From: Candidatus Gottesmanbacteria bacterium
Lineage (GTDB): Bacteria > Patescibacteriota > Microgenomatia > UBA10105 > UBA927
Length of the DNA stretch: 64,000 bases
Assembly: GCA_023245335.1 (NCBI GenBank)
Contig: JAHFKK010000001.1
Coordinates: 619,282 to 683,281, forward strand
Reading direction: 5' to 3'
The position numbers and the translations under genes are program-made. Below, piece by piece: positions 38,711 to 49,418 of this stretch. Every line of letters begins with the position of its first letter. Positions within the stretch are counted from its first letter, which is position 1. Under the pieces are notes generated by a model. It was not told the origin of the DNA. It saw nothing but the letters and a program-made list of their open reading frames with translations, and did no database searches.

Positions 38711-39966
38711 GGCGCATAATTTCTCACTTCAGAAAAGCCGCGTCTCATCCTCTCGCGAAAGGAAGCGCCATAGTTTTCGCCGGAACGATGGTCGCAAACG
38801 CAGGAGCGTATCTCTACCATCTCGTCGTCGGGCGGATATTGGGTCCTGCTCAATACGGGGAACTAGCGGCTCTTCTCTCGCTGTCGTATATATTAAATGT
38901 CCCCTCTATTGTATTACAGACCGTTGTCACGAGATTTGTCGCAGAACACGCGGCAAAAAAATCGTATGGCGATATCCGTGCGTTGGTGCTGAGACTGACG
39001 GCTTTCTTGTTGGTCGCGGGCGCCTTGTGTTTGCTCGGATTGATTTTCGCTGCGCCATATATCGCCAGTTTCCTTCACATAAAAGACACGCTTGTCATTT
39101 TTTTCCTTGTCACCGGTATTGTCGTCAGCATGGTAGGCATAGTATTTTCCAGCGTTCTTCAGGGTACTCAGCGGTTTACTGCAAGCGTCGTGATAACCAA
39201 CATGAATTCATTATTACGTCTGGCGGCAGGCGCTATAGCAGCTTGGTACGGAGTGGCGGCGACATTGGGAGCGAATATGGCGGCAGCTGTTGTCGGTACG
39301 CTCATGACTCTTTGGATCATCCGATTGGTTATCCGAAATACGGAAAAAGCTAAAATGACTTCGCTTAAGCCTCTTTTCCGGTCGAGTGTCACGACGTTTT
39401 TGGCAATCCTGGGAATAAGCATCCTCAATAGTCAGGATGTCGTCGTGGTAAAGCACTTTTTGCCCGCGTTGCAGTCGGGATGGTATGGCGCTCTCGCCAC
39501 GATGGGCAAAATAATCTTTTTTGCATGCTATTCTTTTATGTTTGTGCTGTTGCCGATTGTATCTGACCGATCTGCACGCGGGGCGAAGTCCGGAAGACTG
39601 GTGTATGTATCTGTTGCCGTCGTCGCGGTTCTTTCGGCCGGAATTACCTTGGGATTTTTTCTGCTTCCCAAACTCGCGCTTGGCTTGTTATACGGGTCAG
39701 CATTTATAGCTGCCGCTCCTTATTTGGGCTTATTCGGACTTTTTAGCTCACTCTATACAATTTCCTATACGATCGTGATTGCGCTTTTGGGACTCGGGAA
39801 ATTTTCGGTGTGGATGATCCTTATCGCGGCAGCAATAATACAAGATGTGTTGTTATCCTATTTCCATGCCGGTATCTCTTCAGTCATATGGGTGAATATC
39901 ATGGTGACTGCAACACTCGTCGTTGCACTTTTGTTATACTATCGCCATGCAGTCAAAGAACATTAA
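38707..39966 (+). CDS. wzx: Oligosaccharide flippase (Wzx/MOP family)
   Basis: GTG start with GTGA overlap; ~12 TM; GRILGPAQYG, QDVVVVKHF and GWYGAL..MGK motifs. Confidence 0.82.
   Translation: MRRIISHFRKAASHPLAKGSAIVFAGTMVANAGAYLYHLVVGRILGPAQYGELAALLSLSYILNVPSIVLQTVVTRFVAEHAAKKSYGDIRALVLRLTAFLLVAGALCLLGLIFAAPYIASFLHIKDTLVIFFLVTGIVVSMVGIVFSSVLQGTQRFTASVVITNMNSLLRLAAGAIAAWYGVAATLGANMAAAVVGTLMTLWIIRLVIRNTEKAKMTSLKPLFRSSVTTFLAILGISILNSQDVVVVKHFLPALQSGWYGALATMGKIIFFACYSFMFVLLPIVSDRSARGAKSGRLVYVSVAVVAVLSAGITLGFFLLPKLALGLLYGSAFIAAAPYLGLFGLFSSLYTISYTIVIALLGLGKFSVWMILIAAAIIQDVLLSYFHAGISSVIWVNIMVTATLVVALLLYYRHAVKEH
39932..39940 (+). promoter_or_regulatory. Extended -10 (TGtTATACT), leaderless-type
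   Basis: 6 nt before ATG 39947; lies within the flippase 3' end. Confidence 0.6.
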
Positions 39967-40750
39967 ACTTCTGTCGCTTATAATTCCCGTCCATCATCAG
40001 GAGCGGACGATCCGGCGCCAGCTCCAGAATATTCTCGGTGAGCTTGAATTATTGCCGACACCATGTGAATTGATCGTTGTCGTCGATGGTATGGATGATC
40101 GCAGCTTCACTGAAGCAAATAAAATAAAATCTTCGCACCTTCTTGTTACCGGGTATCACACGAATCATGGAAAAGGGTATGCGGTCCGGTTCGGAATGGC
40201 AAAAAGTCACGGTGATGTCATCGGATTTATTGACGCGGGAGGGGACGTAAGCGAATTAGGCCTATCCATGATGCTGGAGCACTTCAAATGGTATAACGCG
40301 GACATCATTGTCGGAAGCAAGCGACACCCCGTATCGAAAGTACAATATCCGGTGGCGAGAAAGATTCTCTCGTGGGGATATCAACAACTTACGCGCGTTC
40401 TCTTCGGTCTGAATGTGCGGGACACGCAGGCCGGTATGAAGCTATACCGACGGTATGTTCTGGAAGATGTCTTGCCGCGCCTCGTGGTGAAAGAATTTGC
40501 ATTTGATATCGAGATACTGGCTGTCGCATACCATTTGGGATATACACGCATTTATGAGGCGCCTATTATGCTTGACTTCAGCGGCGCCTCAAGCATCACG
40601 TCACTATCCGTTTGGAAGATAATATGGAATATGCTGTGGGATACATTCGCGGTCTTTTATCGGCTCCGGATCCTCCGTTATTATGACAACCTAAACAAAC
40701 GTAAATGGCGCTTTGATAAAGAACTCAATTTCAGCATTCCTGTTCCCTGA
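39947..40750 (+). CDS. GT2 polyprenol/dolichyl-phosphate glycosyltransferase-like
   Basis: Start revised to MQSKN. Motifs GKGYAVR, FIDAG, GSKRHP, DTQAGMK, FAFDIEIL. Confidence 0.87.
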   Translation: MQSKNIKLLSLIIPVHHQERTIRRQLQNILGELELLPTPCELIVVVDGMDDRSFTEANKIKSSHLLVTGYHTNHGKGYAVRFGMAKSHGDVIGFIDAGGDVSELGLSMMLEHFKWYNADIIVGSKRHPVSKVQYPVARKILSWGYQQLTRVLFGLNVRDTQAGMKLYRRYVLEDVLPRLVVKEFAFDIEILAVAYHLGYTRIYEAPIMLDFSGASSITSLSVWKIIWNMLWDTFAVFYRLRILRYYDNLNKRKWRFDKELNFSIPVP

Positions 40751-40797
40751 ATTCTTTCTTTTCCGATCGGACTAATTGGGGTATACTCATACGTTAT

Positions 40798-41823
40798 ATG
40801 AAGATCGTCATAACGGGGGGCGCAGGGTTTATCGGTAGCAATACCGCTTCATATTATCTTTCCCGAAAGGCAGATGTGGTGGTGTTTGATAATCTTGTTC
40901 GCCGCGGGACGGATAAAAACCTTTCCTGGTTAAAAAGCCTTGGCGGTAATTTGACGTTTGTGCGCGGTGATATTACGGACGTAAAGGACATGGGGAAACT
41001 CATACCTTTTTTCAGCAATGCTGATGCTGTCATCCACCTTGCCGCACAAGTCGCCGTTACGACGTCAGTTACTGATCCGCGTACTGATTTTGAGATCAAT
41101 GCACTCGGCACTTTTAACGCACTAGAAGCGATGCGGGCATCAGAGAGTAAGGCCAAATTCATTTATTCTTCTACCAACAAGGTCTATGGAGGGATGGATG
41201 ACATAAAGGTTGTCGAAAGAAAAAATCGGTATGCTTATGCGTCACTCCCGTACGGCGCAAGTGAATTGCAACCATTAGATTTCCATTCACCATATGGATG
41301 TTCGAAAGGGGCCGCTGATCAGTATGTTCACGATTACGGTCGGATATATGATCTGGATACGGTTGTCTTGCGGCAGTCCTGTATTTACGGGCCGAGGCAA
41401 TTCGGCGTGGAAGATCAAGGATGGGTAGCGTGGTTTATCATAGCAACGGCGCTCGGCAAGAAATTGACGATCTACGGCGATGGCAAGCAGGTACGTGATC
41501 TTTTATATGTTGAAGATTTGGTTCGAGCATATGATATGGCAATCCATGCGGGTGAGAACACGCGCGGAAAGATCTACAATATCGGTGGGGGAAACGATAA
41601 TACGTTGTCCGTATGGACGGAATTCGGTCCCTTACTGGAAAAATTATTCAAGAAAAAGCTTCAGGTTTCTTTTAGAGACTGGAGGCCGGGGGATCAGAAA
41701 ATATTTGTCGCCGATATCCGTAAGGCAAAGAAGGAATTCGGATGGTTTCCCCGAACGACTGTTCCCGAAGGCGTCTCCAAGCTCTTCTATTGGGTTACCG
41801 CCAACAAGCATCTTTTTGGTTAA
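40798..41823 (+). CDS. rfbE: CDP-paratose 2-epimerase (CDP-tyvelose epimerase)-like SDR
   Basis: [54 protein letters not shown] and RPGDQ motifs. Confidence 0.82.
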   Translation: MKIVITGGAGFIGSNTASYYLSRKADVVVFDNLVRRGTDKNLSWLKSLGGNLTFVRGDITDVKDMGKLIPFFSNADAVIHLAAQVAVTTSVTDPRTDFEINALGTFNALEAMRASESKAKFIYSSTNKVYGGMDDIKVVERKNRYAYASLPYGASELQPLDFHSPYGCSKGAADQYVHDYGRIYDLDTVVLRQSCIYGPRQFGVEDQGWVAWFIIATALGKKLTIYGDGKQVRDLLYVEDLVRAYDMAIHAGENTRGKIYNIGGGNDNTLSVWTEFGPLLEKLFKKKLQVSFRDWRPGDQKIFVADIRKAKKEFGWFPRTTVPEGVSKLFYWVTANKHLFG

Positions 41824-41826
41824 TTT

Positions 41827-42930
41827 ATGAATATTCTCATCCTCAACTGGAAGGATATAAAAAATCCTGATGTAGGCGGAGCTGAGATTATTTTGTACGA
41901 GTTGGCCAAGCGCCTCGTCAGAGAGGGTCACACTGTCACATGGTTTTGTCGGAGATTCGGTTTCGGGAAAAATACAGACATAATTGACGGTATACATATT
42001 ATCCGTCGGGGAAACAGGTTCACAGTCTATTGGGAAGCGTATCGGTATTATCAATCGCTCAAAAAGAAACCGGATAAGGTTCTGGACTGCATCAATACTA
42101 TTTGCTGGCAGACACCGCTTTACGTGCCAAACGAGAAACGGGTCGCGTATGTAAATCAGCTTGCGAAAGAAGTTTTTTTTTATGAGCTCCCGCCGGTTAT
42201 TTCTCATCTTGCATACTTCCTGGAACCTTTGGAATATCTCTTGTACCGCGGGACGCAATTCCTTTGTTACTCTGAAAGTGTCAAACGCGATATTGCTGGC
42301 ATCGGTATTCCGTCAGAGCACATTTCGACGTTTCCCATAGGCATTGATCACGCGAGGTATACGCCGGGGGTAAAGTCTAAAGATCCGCTATTCCTATTTG
42401 TCGCACGGCTCGCACGAATGAAGCGGCCGGACCTATGCATACGTGCGATGCGGCTGGTCGTAGATCATTATCCGAGTGCCAAACTAGCGATCGTTGGTTA
42501 CGGACCGATGGAAAGGGAACTGGATCGCTTGATACATTCCTGCAATTTGGAAAAGAACGTTACGTTGGTTAAAAAAGATGCACTTTTTTTTGATAAGCAC
42601 CCGAGTGATCAAAAAGTGAAACTTATGCAGCAGGCGTGGGCGCTTCTTTTGCCGTCAGTGAAAGAAGGATGGGGGATGGTGGTGACGGAAGCAGCGGCCT
42701 GTGGAACACTCTCTATTGTTACTCACGTAACTGGCCTTGTAGATTCGGTTATACATGATACAACTGGCATTGTGCTTTCTTCATCTCCAGATACACAAGA
42801 ATTAGCAGATGCAATGATTGACGTTATACAGTCTACGTCGCACAGAGGGACTTTGGCCCGCAACGCAGTTCGTCAGAGTCATATGTTTACCTGGGATAGA
42901 TCATACGATCTTTTTATGAAGTCGTTATGA
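41827..42930 (+). CDS. GT4 glycosyltransferase
   Basis: NWKDIKNP.VGGAE, ARLARMKR and SVKEGWGMVVTEAAACG motifs. Confidence 0.9.
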   Translation: MNILILNWKDIKNPDVGGAEIILYELAKRLVREGHTVTWFCRRFGFGKNTDIIDGIHIIRRGNRFTVYWEAYRYYQSLKKKPDKVLDCINTICWQTPLYVPNEKRVAYVNQLAKEVFFYELPPVISHLAYFLEPLEYLLYRGTQFLCYSESVKRDIAGIGIPSEHISTFPIGIDHARYTPGVKSKDPLFLFVARLARMKRPDLCIRAMRLVVDHYPSAKLAIVGYGPMERELDRLIHSCNLEKNVTLVKKDALFFDKHPSDQKVKLMQQAWALLLPSVKEGWGMVVTEAAACGTLSIVTHVTGLVDSVIHDTTGIVLSSSPDTQELADAMIDVIQSTSHRGTLARNAVRQSHMFTWDRSYDLFMKSL

Positions 42931-43760
42931 AACAATCGCGCGTTTCGATTATCATTCCTGCTAAGAATTCGGCTACGATGCTTTCCGCATGTCTACAAAG
43001 TATTGCGGGGCAATCATACGAGGACATTGAAATTATTATCGTTGACAGTAATTCCGCTGATGGGACCAAAGCGTTGGCAAAAAAATACGGTGCGATTCTC
43101 ATGCAATATGTCCCGAAGGTACCGAAAGGAACATTTGATGCTCCCTATAAGCGAAATTATGGAGTTGCTCATGCGCACGGAACATATGTGTACATCGTGG
43201 ATGCAGATATGGAATTGCCCAAAGGACTCATAGCTGAAGCTGTGAAATTGTGTGAAAAAGGAGCAGATGCGGTGATTCTCCCTGAAGATTCATTCGGTAT
43301 CGGACCTTGGGCTCGCGCAAAGAATCTGGAACGACAATGTTACTGGGGGGACGATACGATAGAGGCTCCACGTTTTTTCAAGAAATCCGTTTGGCACGAT
43401 TTTGGCGGATTAGATGAGTCACTGGGCGGCGGCGGGGATGATTGGGATATGTATGAGAAACTGAAGTATGAAGGGTACCACGTTATGCGGACAAAACTCA
43501 AAGTCGCTCATAATGAAGGGAAATTACACCTATGGGCCCTGATGAGGAAGCGATTTATGTACGGTAGAGATTCCGTACAATACATTCGTAAGAGACCAAT
43601 CGCCGGATTTGTCAGTTACTTCCCGGTACGGAAAGCTTATATTAAAAACTGGAGATTATTTATAAGTAGACCGAAGGACTCTGTTTACTTTATAATCATG
43701 AGATCCGCAGAGTATTTGGCTGGTCTAAGTGGAATTATATTTTCGTATATTATTAAATGA
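42927..43760 (+). CDS. GT2 glycosyltransferase
   Basis: SIIIPAKN, IVDSNSAD, VDADM, EAPRFF and GGLDE..DDWD motifs. Confidence 0.88.
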   Translation: MKQSRVSIIIPAKNSATMLSACLQSIAGQSYEDIEIIIVDSNSADGTKALAKKYGAILMQYVPKVPKGTFDAPYKRNYGVAHAHGTYVYIVDADMELPKGLIAEAVKLCEKGADAVILPEDSFGIGPWARAKNLERQCYWGDDTIEAPRFFKKSVWHDFGGLDESLGGGGDDWDMYEKLKYEGYHVMRTKLKVAHNEGKLHLWALMRKRFMYGRDSVQYIRKRPIAGFVSYFPVRKAYIKNWRLFISRPKDSVYFIIMRSAEYLAGLSGIIFSYIIK

Positions 43761-44734
43761 ATATTTTTTGGAAAAACAAACGAGTATTAGTAACTGGCGG
43801 AGCCGGATTTATTGGCTCACATGTTGTCAAAGAATTGGTAAAAAGAGAATCTAAAGTAACGATTGTCATATCTCCAAAAACTTCGATTGTTCATCTAAAG
43901 CTTTTATATGGTCCGATATTAGACTTGATAAGTGTTAAGAAAGCCGATTTATTGGTTTTTACTCAATTTCTAAAGGTGACGAAAACACAGGAAATCGTAC
44001 TAAATTTTGCTGCGCTGGATGGAGGAGCCGAATTTAAGCAAATTAACGAAACTGAAATTTTTAGGATAAATACTCAGTTAATATTAAATCTACTTGAGAG
44101 CAGTAGAATAAATAAGATCGACAGAGTTTTGATCATGAGTTCTATAGACATATATCCTAATGACCTTAAATTTCCCATTAAAGAAGAACATGCACATCTA
44201 AATGATTTCGTCGAAAATATTAGTGGTTACAGGTGGTCAAAACGAATAGCAGAAATTGCGGCCAATCTTTACTATCGCAAGTACGGTTTGAAAATAGCTA
44301 TCGTTAGGGCGGGAAACGTTTACGGTGAAGATGATTATACGGGTATAGCTAAAAAAAGAATTATTCCAACCTTTATCAATGCTGCATTAGAGGATAAGGA
44401 CATAATAATTTGGGGAAATACGGATCTAAAAAAATCTTATCTGTACATTTCGGATTTGTCTAAAGCGCTACTTGATGCGATTGAGAAATATCCAGTCGGC
44501 GAACCCATCAATATTGCAAGTTCAGAATATGTTTCGTTAATAGATCTCGTAAAATTAATACTTAAACTTACACACGGAAAGAGCAAAATTATTCATAAAA
44601 TTAGCACTGTCCCAATTAAGGGCCTATTTAAACAATCTATATCATCAAATAAAGCACTACGCGTTTTGGGATGGAAACCAAAAATCTCATTAGCAAAGGG
44701 CTTACAAAAGACGATCGAAAGTTTTCGTTCATAG
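43757..44734 (+). CDS. NAD-dependent epimerase (GDP-sugar epimerase/reductase-like extended SDR)
   Basis: VTGGAGFIG, AALDGG, MSS, YRWSK and NVYG motifs; low GC. Confidence 0.82.
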   Translation: MNIFWKNKRVLVTGGAGFIGSHVVKELVKRESKVTIVISPKTSIVHLKLLYGPILDLISVKKADLLVFTQFLKVTKTQEIVLNFAALDGGAEFKQINETEIFRINTQLILNLLESSRINKIDRVLIMSSIDIYPNDLKFPIKEEHAHLNDFVENISGYRWSKRIAEIAANLYYRKYGLKIAIVRAGNVYGEDDYTGIAKKRIIPTFINAALEDKDIIIWGNTDLKKSYLYISDLSKALLDAIEKYPVGEPINIASSEYVSLIDLVKLILKLTHGKSKIIHKISTVPIKGLFKQSISSNKALRVLGWKPKISLAKGLQKTIESFRS

Positions 44735-44776
44735 TTGCGTACTCGTTATATTCGTAATCATACGTATAAATGTATT

Positions 44777-44785
44777 TGTTATAAT
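44777..44785 (+). promoter_or_regulatory. Extended -10 (TGtTATAAT), leaderless-type
   Basis: 8 nt before ATG 44794. Confidence 0.6.
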
Positions 44786-44793
44786 GCGATGTT

Positions 44794-45738
44794 ATGAGAA
44801 GCTATTTTAAAAATAAACGTATATTAGTTACAGGTGGCATGGGATTTCTCGGTACGAACGTAGTAAACAAATTACTACAAAAGGGTGTAAACAGAGATAA
44901 CATTATTATTCCTAGATCATCTGACTACGATTTGCGAAATGCCACCAATGTCAAAAAAGTTGTTAAAAATATTGATGTAATTATCCACTTAGCTGCAAAA
45001 GTCGGTGGAATAGGCTTTAACAAAGAGCATCCAGCTGAAATGTTCTATGACAACTTAATTATGGGTATAGAACTGATGCATCAGGCGTATCTGGCGCACG
45101 TCCAAAAATTTGTTGCGGTAGGAACAATATGTTGTTATCCCAAATACACTAAAGTGCCTTTTAAAGAGGAGAATTTATGGGACGGGTATCCAGAAGAAAC
45201 AAACGCGCCATATGGTCTTGCTAAAAAAATGCTTCTGGTCCAATCTCAGGCGTACAGGCAGCAATACGGATTTAACGCGATTTTTCTCTTGCCAGTAAAT
45301 TTGTACGGATGCGGTGATAACTTCAACCCGGATTCTTCACACGTCATCCCGGCATTAGTTAAAAAGTTTTTTGATGCTAAGACGAAGGGACTTGCGAAAG
45401 TAGACGTTTGGGGCACAGGAAGGGCAACAAGAGAGTTTCTCTATGTCGAGGATGCAGCGAAAGCAATAATAATGGCAACTGAAAAATATAATAAGCCTGC
45501 ACCAATTAATATTGGAGCGGGTTTCGAGATATCGATCAAAGAATTAGCATATACGATCGCGAAAATTATTGGTTATAAAGGAAAGATAGTTTGGGATACG
45601 ACGAAGCCGGATGGGCAGCCCAGAAGAATGTTAGATACCGCCAAGGCACAAAAAGAGTTCGGTTTCAAAGCAACAACATCATTTGCTGAGGGGTTGAGGA
45701 AAACCATTACCTATTATGAAAAAGAATTTATTAGTTAA
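44794..45738 (+). CDS. fcl: GDP-L-fucose synthase
   Basis: TGGMGFLG, AAKVGGIGFN, GTICCYPK, EETNAPYGLAKK, SSHVIPAL and KPDGQPRR motifs. Confidence 0.9.
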   Translation: MRSYFKNKRILVTGGMGFLGTNVVNKLLQKGVNRDNIIIPRSSDYDLRNATNVKKVVKNIDVIIHLAAKVGGIGFNKEHPAEMFYDNLIMGIELMHQAYLAHVQKFVAVGTICCYPKYTKVPFKEENLWDGYPEETNAPYGLAKKMLLVQSQAYRQQYGFNAIFLLPVNLYGCGDNFNPDSSHVIPALVKKFFDAKTKGLAKVDVWGTGRATREFLYVEDAAKAIIMATEKYNKPAPINIGAGFEISIKELAYTIAKIIGYKGKIVWDTTKPDGQPRRMLDTAKAQKEFGFKATTSFAEGLRKTITYYEKEFIS

Positions 45739-46348
45739 GTTCGGACAATATAAATGTGATATTTTCCATAAGTTGAACTTTTCGTTCAAAAGAGGCAATA
45801 GTATTCTTGATGTCGGATGCGGCGACGGCGTTGATGCTGAAATATTCATCAAAGTGTACGGTCTGAAAGTGTATGCCCTCGATGTTTTCAAGCACGAAAA
45901 CATACGAAATATTAAAAGTCTCAAATTTACGAAGGGGAGCATATTCAAATTGCCGTTTGAGGACAAGAGATTTGATTATGTTTTTATACATGACGTCCTG
46001 CATCATATCGACGAAAAGACTCAAAGCACGAGTAAACACCTGAAAGCACTTGCTGAGTTAGAAAGGGTTTGTAAAAAGGGAGGGACCGTTATCATCATTG
46101 AGGCCAACAGGTTTAATCCTCTTACATACCCTCATATGGTTTTGATGATGGGGCACAACCATTTTCGGCAGAGTTATTTCGTTTACCTGTTAAATAAAGC
46201 ATTTGTACGATGTAGGTTTAAATACTTTGAAGCACATTTTTATCCACAAAGCTTTCTTGGACTATTCAAAGTGTATGAAAAATTTATGGAATTGCAGCCC
46301 TTTAAAGGGATTTTAAATTATAATACCGCATTCATTGAGGCTCGATAA
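45716..46348 (+). CDS. Class I SAM-dependent methyltransferase
   Basis: ILDVGCGDG, LPFED..FD, VLHH and EANRFNP motifs. Confidence 0.87.
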   Translation: MKKNLLVKFGQYKCDIFHKLNFSFKRGNSILDVGCGDGVDAEIFIKVYGLKVYALDVFKHENIRNIKSLKFTKGSIFKLPFEDKRFDYVFIHDVLHHIDEKTQSTSKHLKALAELERVCKKGGTVIIIEANRFNPLTYPHMVLMMGHNHFRQSYFVYLLNKAFVRCRFKYFEAHFYPQSFLGLFKVYEKFMELQPFKGILNYNTAFIEAR

Positions 46349-46403
46349 ACTTTTTTACCCTGAATAAGAAGGTTCCAATAATTCGTAAACAAATCAACAT
46401 AAA

Positions 46404-47558
46404 ATGTATTTACAGAATAAGAGAATTGTTATCGTGTCGCATGAATATGCTACTGGACCTTCACATTCCTTAGAGGACTATCTTAGTTCTAAAGTAAAAA
46501 ACCTTCTTTTTATCGGCCATCCTTTTGTTTTTGCGCATGACACTAGGTCACATTATCGATTATATACGCATGGGGTTACGACACCGGTACGTAACCGATT
46601 CATATCGTTCAGCCAGAACCAAATAATCAGCATAATGAAGGATATCGTGCTGACCGTTATTTGGGTTCTAAACAACGGCAAATTCGATATATATGTTGGA
46701 GTTGATAATGTAAATACATTTGTAGGCATTTTTCTGAGAAAGATCGGGGTTGTTAAAAAGGTCGTATTTTATACAATTGACTATGTACCATTTAGGTTTA
46801 CCAACAAATTGCTAAATAGACTTTATCATAACCTCGACGTGTACGGAGTAAGACACAGCAATATCGTTTGGAACCTGTCGTCGTCAATGGTTGATGGCAG
46901 AGAAAAAGCCGGTCTTGAAAAAGCATTCAGATATAAACAAATCGTAGTTCCCGTCGGCACAGAAAGCAATGTCAAAGACGTCCCCCGGAAAAAAATTAAA
47001 AGATTTCATGTCGTACATATGGGGCATCTGATTAAAAAACAGGGGATTCAGCTGGTTATTGAGGCTATTCCGCTTATTATCAAGAAAATTCCGGAATTTC
47101 ACTTTGATATTATCGGCGGAGGTGACTACGAGGACTATTTGAAGGCATTAGCTCAAAAGTTAGGGGTGTCAAAGTACATTACATTTTACGGGTACATACA
47201 GAGTCATCAGGAAATAGAAAGAATGCTTTCTTATTGCGCTGTCGGGATAGCGCCGTACGTAGATAGCCCGGACAGTTACGTGAGATATGCAGACCCAGGC
47301 AAGGTAAAAGCCTATCTCGCAGCAAGTTTGCCTATAATAATAACCCGGGTCACCCCAATGGCGCATGAGATAGAAAGAAATAGATGTGGTATTTCTATAC
47401 CTTATGACAAAAAAATACTGGTAAAAGCCATCACTACATTGTTATCGGATGATAAGTTATTGTCGGAATTTAGACGCAATTCAAAGGCTATGGCAAAAGA
47501 GTATAGCTGGAACAAAGTTTTTGATCGGGCGATGGAAATTACTCTGCGCGCGGTCTAA
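46404..47558 (+). CDS. GT4-like glycosyltransferase
   Basis: YTIDYVPFRF, HMGHLIKKQG and YADPGKVKAYLAASLP motifs; paralog of 49419. Confidence 0.83.
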   Translation: MYLQNKRIVIVSHEYATGPSHSLEDYLSSKVKNLLFIGHPFVFAHDTRSHYRLYTHGVTTPVRNRFISFSQNQIISIMKDIVLTVIWVLNNGKFDIYVGVDNVNTFVGIFLRKIGVVKKVVFYTIDYVPFRFTNKLLNRLYHNLDVYGVRHSNIVWNLSSSMVDGREKAGLEKAFRYKQIVVPVGTESNVKDVPRKKIKRFHVVHMGHLIKKQGIQLVIEAIPLIIKKIPEFHFDIIGGGDYEDYLKALAQKLGVSKYITFYGYIQSHQEIERMLSYCAVGIAPYVDSPDSYVRYADPGKVKAYLAASLPIIITRVTPMAHEIERNRCGISIPYDKKILVKAITTLLSDDKLLSEFRRNSKAMAKEYSWNKVFDRAMEITLRAV

Positions 47559-47565
47559 TTTTGTA

Positions 47566-47574
47566 TGCTATAAT
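47566..47574 (+). promoter_or_regulatory. Extended -10 (TGcTATAAT) with ~105-nt leader and AAGGAG RBS (47676-47681)
   Basis: Lies in the 128-nt intergenic gap before ATG 47687. Confidence 0.55.
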
Positions 47575-47686
47575 AATTTTCGTTCACAATCTCAAAATCT
47601 ATTTACGATAACGAGGTATATTCGTTTATCCCTACCCTATAGTTTAGATATTTAGACCTTTTGTGTTATCAATTTAAGGAGAATAT

Positions 47687-48349
47687 ATGTTTCAGAAAAT
47701 AAAGAATTACATTATAGAACATAGAGCTCAGGATCTATATTACTTGTGGACCTTATCCAAAGAGCTTTCCGGAGCAAAATCGGTCCTGGATGTAGGATGC
47801 GGTTATGATTCACCTCTGGCTAAGCTACGCAAATCGTTTACCAGCGAAGGAATCGATATTTTTAGGAGCAACATAATTCTAAGCAGGAAAAATCATATGC
47901 ATGACAGACATAAACTTGGAGATATTCGGAAGTTATCCCAAATTTATAAGTCGAATAGTTTTGACGCGGTAATAGCGCTTGACGTAATTGAACACGTGAC
48001 AAAAAAGGAAGCAATCAAACTGATTAAAAGTTGTGAGCAAATCGCCAGAAAGAAAGTTATATTGGTGACTCCAAACGGTTATTATGAACAGGGAGAATTA
48101 TTTCATAATCCTTATCAGGCTCATCATTCTGGTTGGGATAAGGAGACCTTAAGAAAATTGGGTTATCGAGTAAACGGTTTACGAGGTTTTAAATATTTAT
48201 GGGGTAAGAACGCGGATATAAAATATAAACCATGGTTATTTTGGGGATTTGTGACATTTATGTCACAATTTTTGTTTTATTATATTCCGGCCTTGTCATT
48301 TGATCTTTTGGCTACTAAGAATATCGTTAAAAGCGAGATCAGAGAGTGA
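47687..48349 (+). CDS. Class I SAM-dependent methyltransferase
   Basis: [24 protein letters not shown] and [10 protein letters not shown] motifs. Confidence 0.87.
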   Translation: MFQKIKNYIIEHRAQDLYYLWTLSKELSGAKSVLDVGCGYDSPLAKLRKSFTSEGIDIFRSNIILSRKNHMHDRHKLGDIRKLSQIYKSNSFDAVIALDVIEHVTKKEAIKLIKSCEQIARKKVILVTPNGYYEQGELFHNPYQAHHSGWDKETLRKLGYRVNGLRGFKYLWGKNADIKYKPWLFWGFVTFMSQFLFYYIPALSFDLLATKNIVKSEIRE

Positions 48350-49413
48350 TACAAATAATGAAAAAGATTCTCATAACCGGTTCCGCGGGTCTAATTGGAT
48401 CTGAAGCCGTCAGATTTTTTTGCAACAAAGGATACGAAGTCATTGGCGTAGATAACAACATGAGACAATTTTATTTCGGCAAGGAAGCGAGCACCAAATG
48501 GAATGAACAATTACTAGAGGCGAAGTATCCTAAACAGTATCGAAATTATAGCGTCGATATCCGTGATGAAAAGCGAATTGCAAAAATATTTCAAAAAAAC
48601 GCCATTGATATGATTATTCACACCGCTGCACAGCCTTCTCACGATTGGGCGGCCAAGGAACCGATAACAGATTTTACCGTAAATGCACTTGGCACCTTGG
48701 TGCTATTAGAAAATTATAGAAAATATTGCCCAGAAGCAGTATTTATTTTCACCTCCACGAACAAAGTATATGGGGATATGCCAAACTTATTGCCATTGAT
48801 AGAGCAGGATTCTCGTTTTGAACTTCCTCGGACTCATCATTTCTATAAGGGTATAAACGAAACGATGAGCATAGATAATTCTAAGCATAGTATTTTTGGC
48901 GTATCAAAAGCATCGGCAGATTTATTAGTACAGGAGTATGGAAGATATTTTGGTTTAAAGACGGGCGTCTTCCGCTGTGGTTGTTTAACAGGCCCGGCGC
49001 ATTCAGGCACGCAACTCCATGGATTTTTAGCATATTTGGTTAAATGTATTAAAACGGGCAAAACATATACAATTTATGGTTATAAAGGTAAGCAAGTTCG
49101 AGATAATATTCATTCATATGATCTAGTTAATGCATTTTACTATTTTTATAAAAACCCATCATCCGGCGCCGTTTATAATATGGGAGGCTCAAGGCACTCG
49201 AACGTGTCTATACTCGAAGCCATAAAGAAAATCGAGAGAGGGCTTGATAAAAAAGGCAAGTTTCATTATTCGAATACCAACAGATCGGGGGATCATATCT
49301 GGTATATATCAGATGTTTCCAAGTTTCAAAAAAAATACCCCAAATGGAAATATAAATACGGCATTGACGAAATAATCGATGAACTTTGTATTGGCGTACA
49401 TACAGGGGAATAA
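48346..49413 (+). CDS. Second CDP-tyvelose-epimerase-like extended SDR
   Basis: [32 protein letters not shown] (F in place of the Y of YxxxK), LHGFL and GDH motifs. The start may be ATG 48358. Confidence 0.83.
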   Translation: MIQIMKKILITGSAGLIGSEAVRFFCNKGYEVIGVDNNMRQFYFGKEASTKWNEQLLEAKYPKQYRNYSVDIRDEKRIAKIFQKNAIDMIIHTAAQPSHDWAAKEPITDFTVNALGTLVLLENYRKYCPEAVFIFTSTNKVYGDMPNLLPLIEQDSRFELPRTHHFYKGINETMSIDNSKHSIFGVSKASADLLVQEYGRYFGLKTGVFRCGCLTGPAHSGTQLHGFLAYLVKCIKTGKTYTIYGYKGKQVRDNIHSYDLVNAFYYFYKNPSSGAVYNMGGSRHSNVSILEAIKKIERGLDKKGKFHYSNTNRSGDHIWYISDVSKFQKKYPKWKYKYGIDEIIDELCIGVHTGE

Positions 49414-49418
49414 CGCTC

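Noticed and set aside
47608-47631. Weak hairpin (GATAACGA...TCGTTTATC) in the 47687 leader as a riboswitch or terminator
   Set aside because: The stem is short and bulged, with no U-tract and no known RNA motif.
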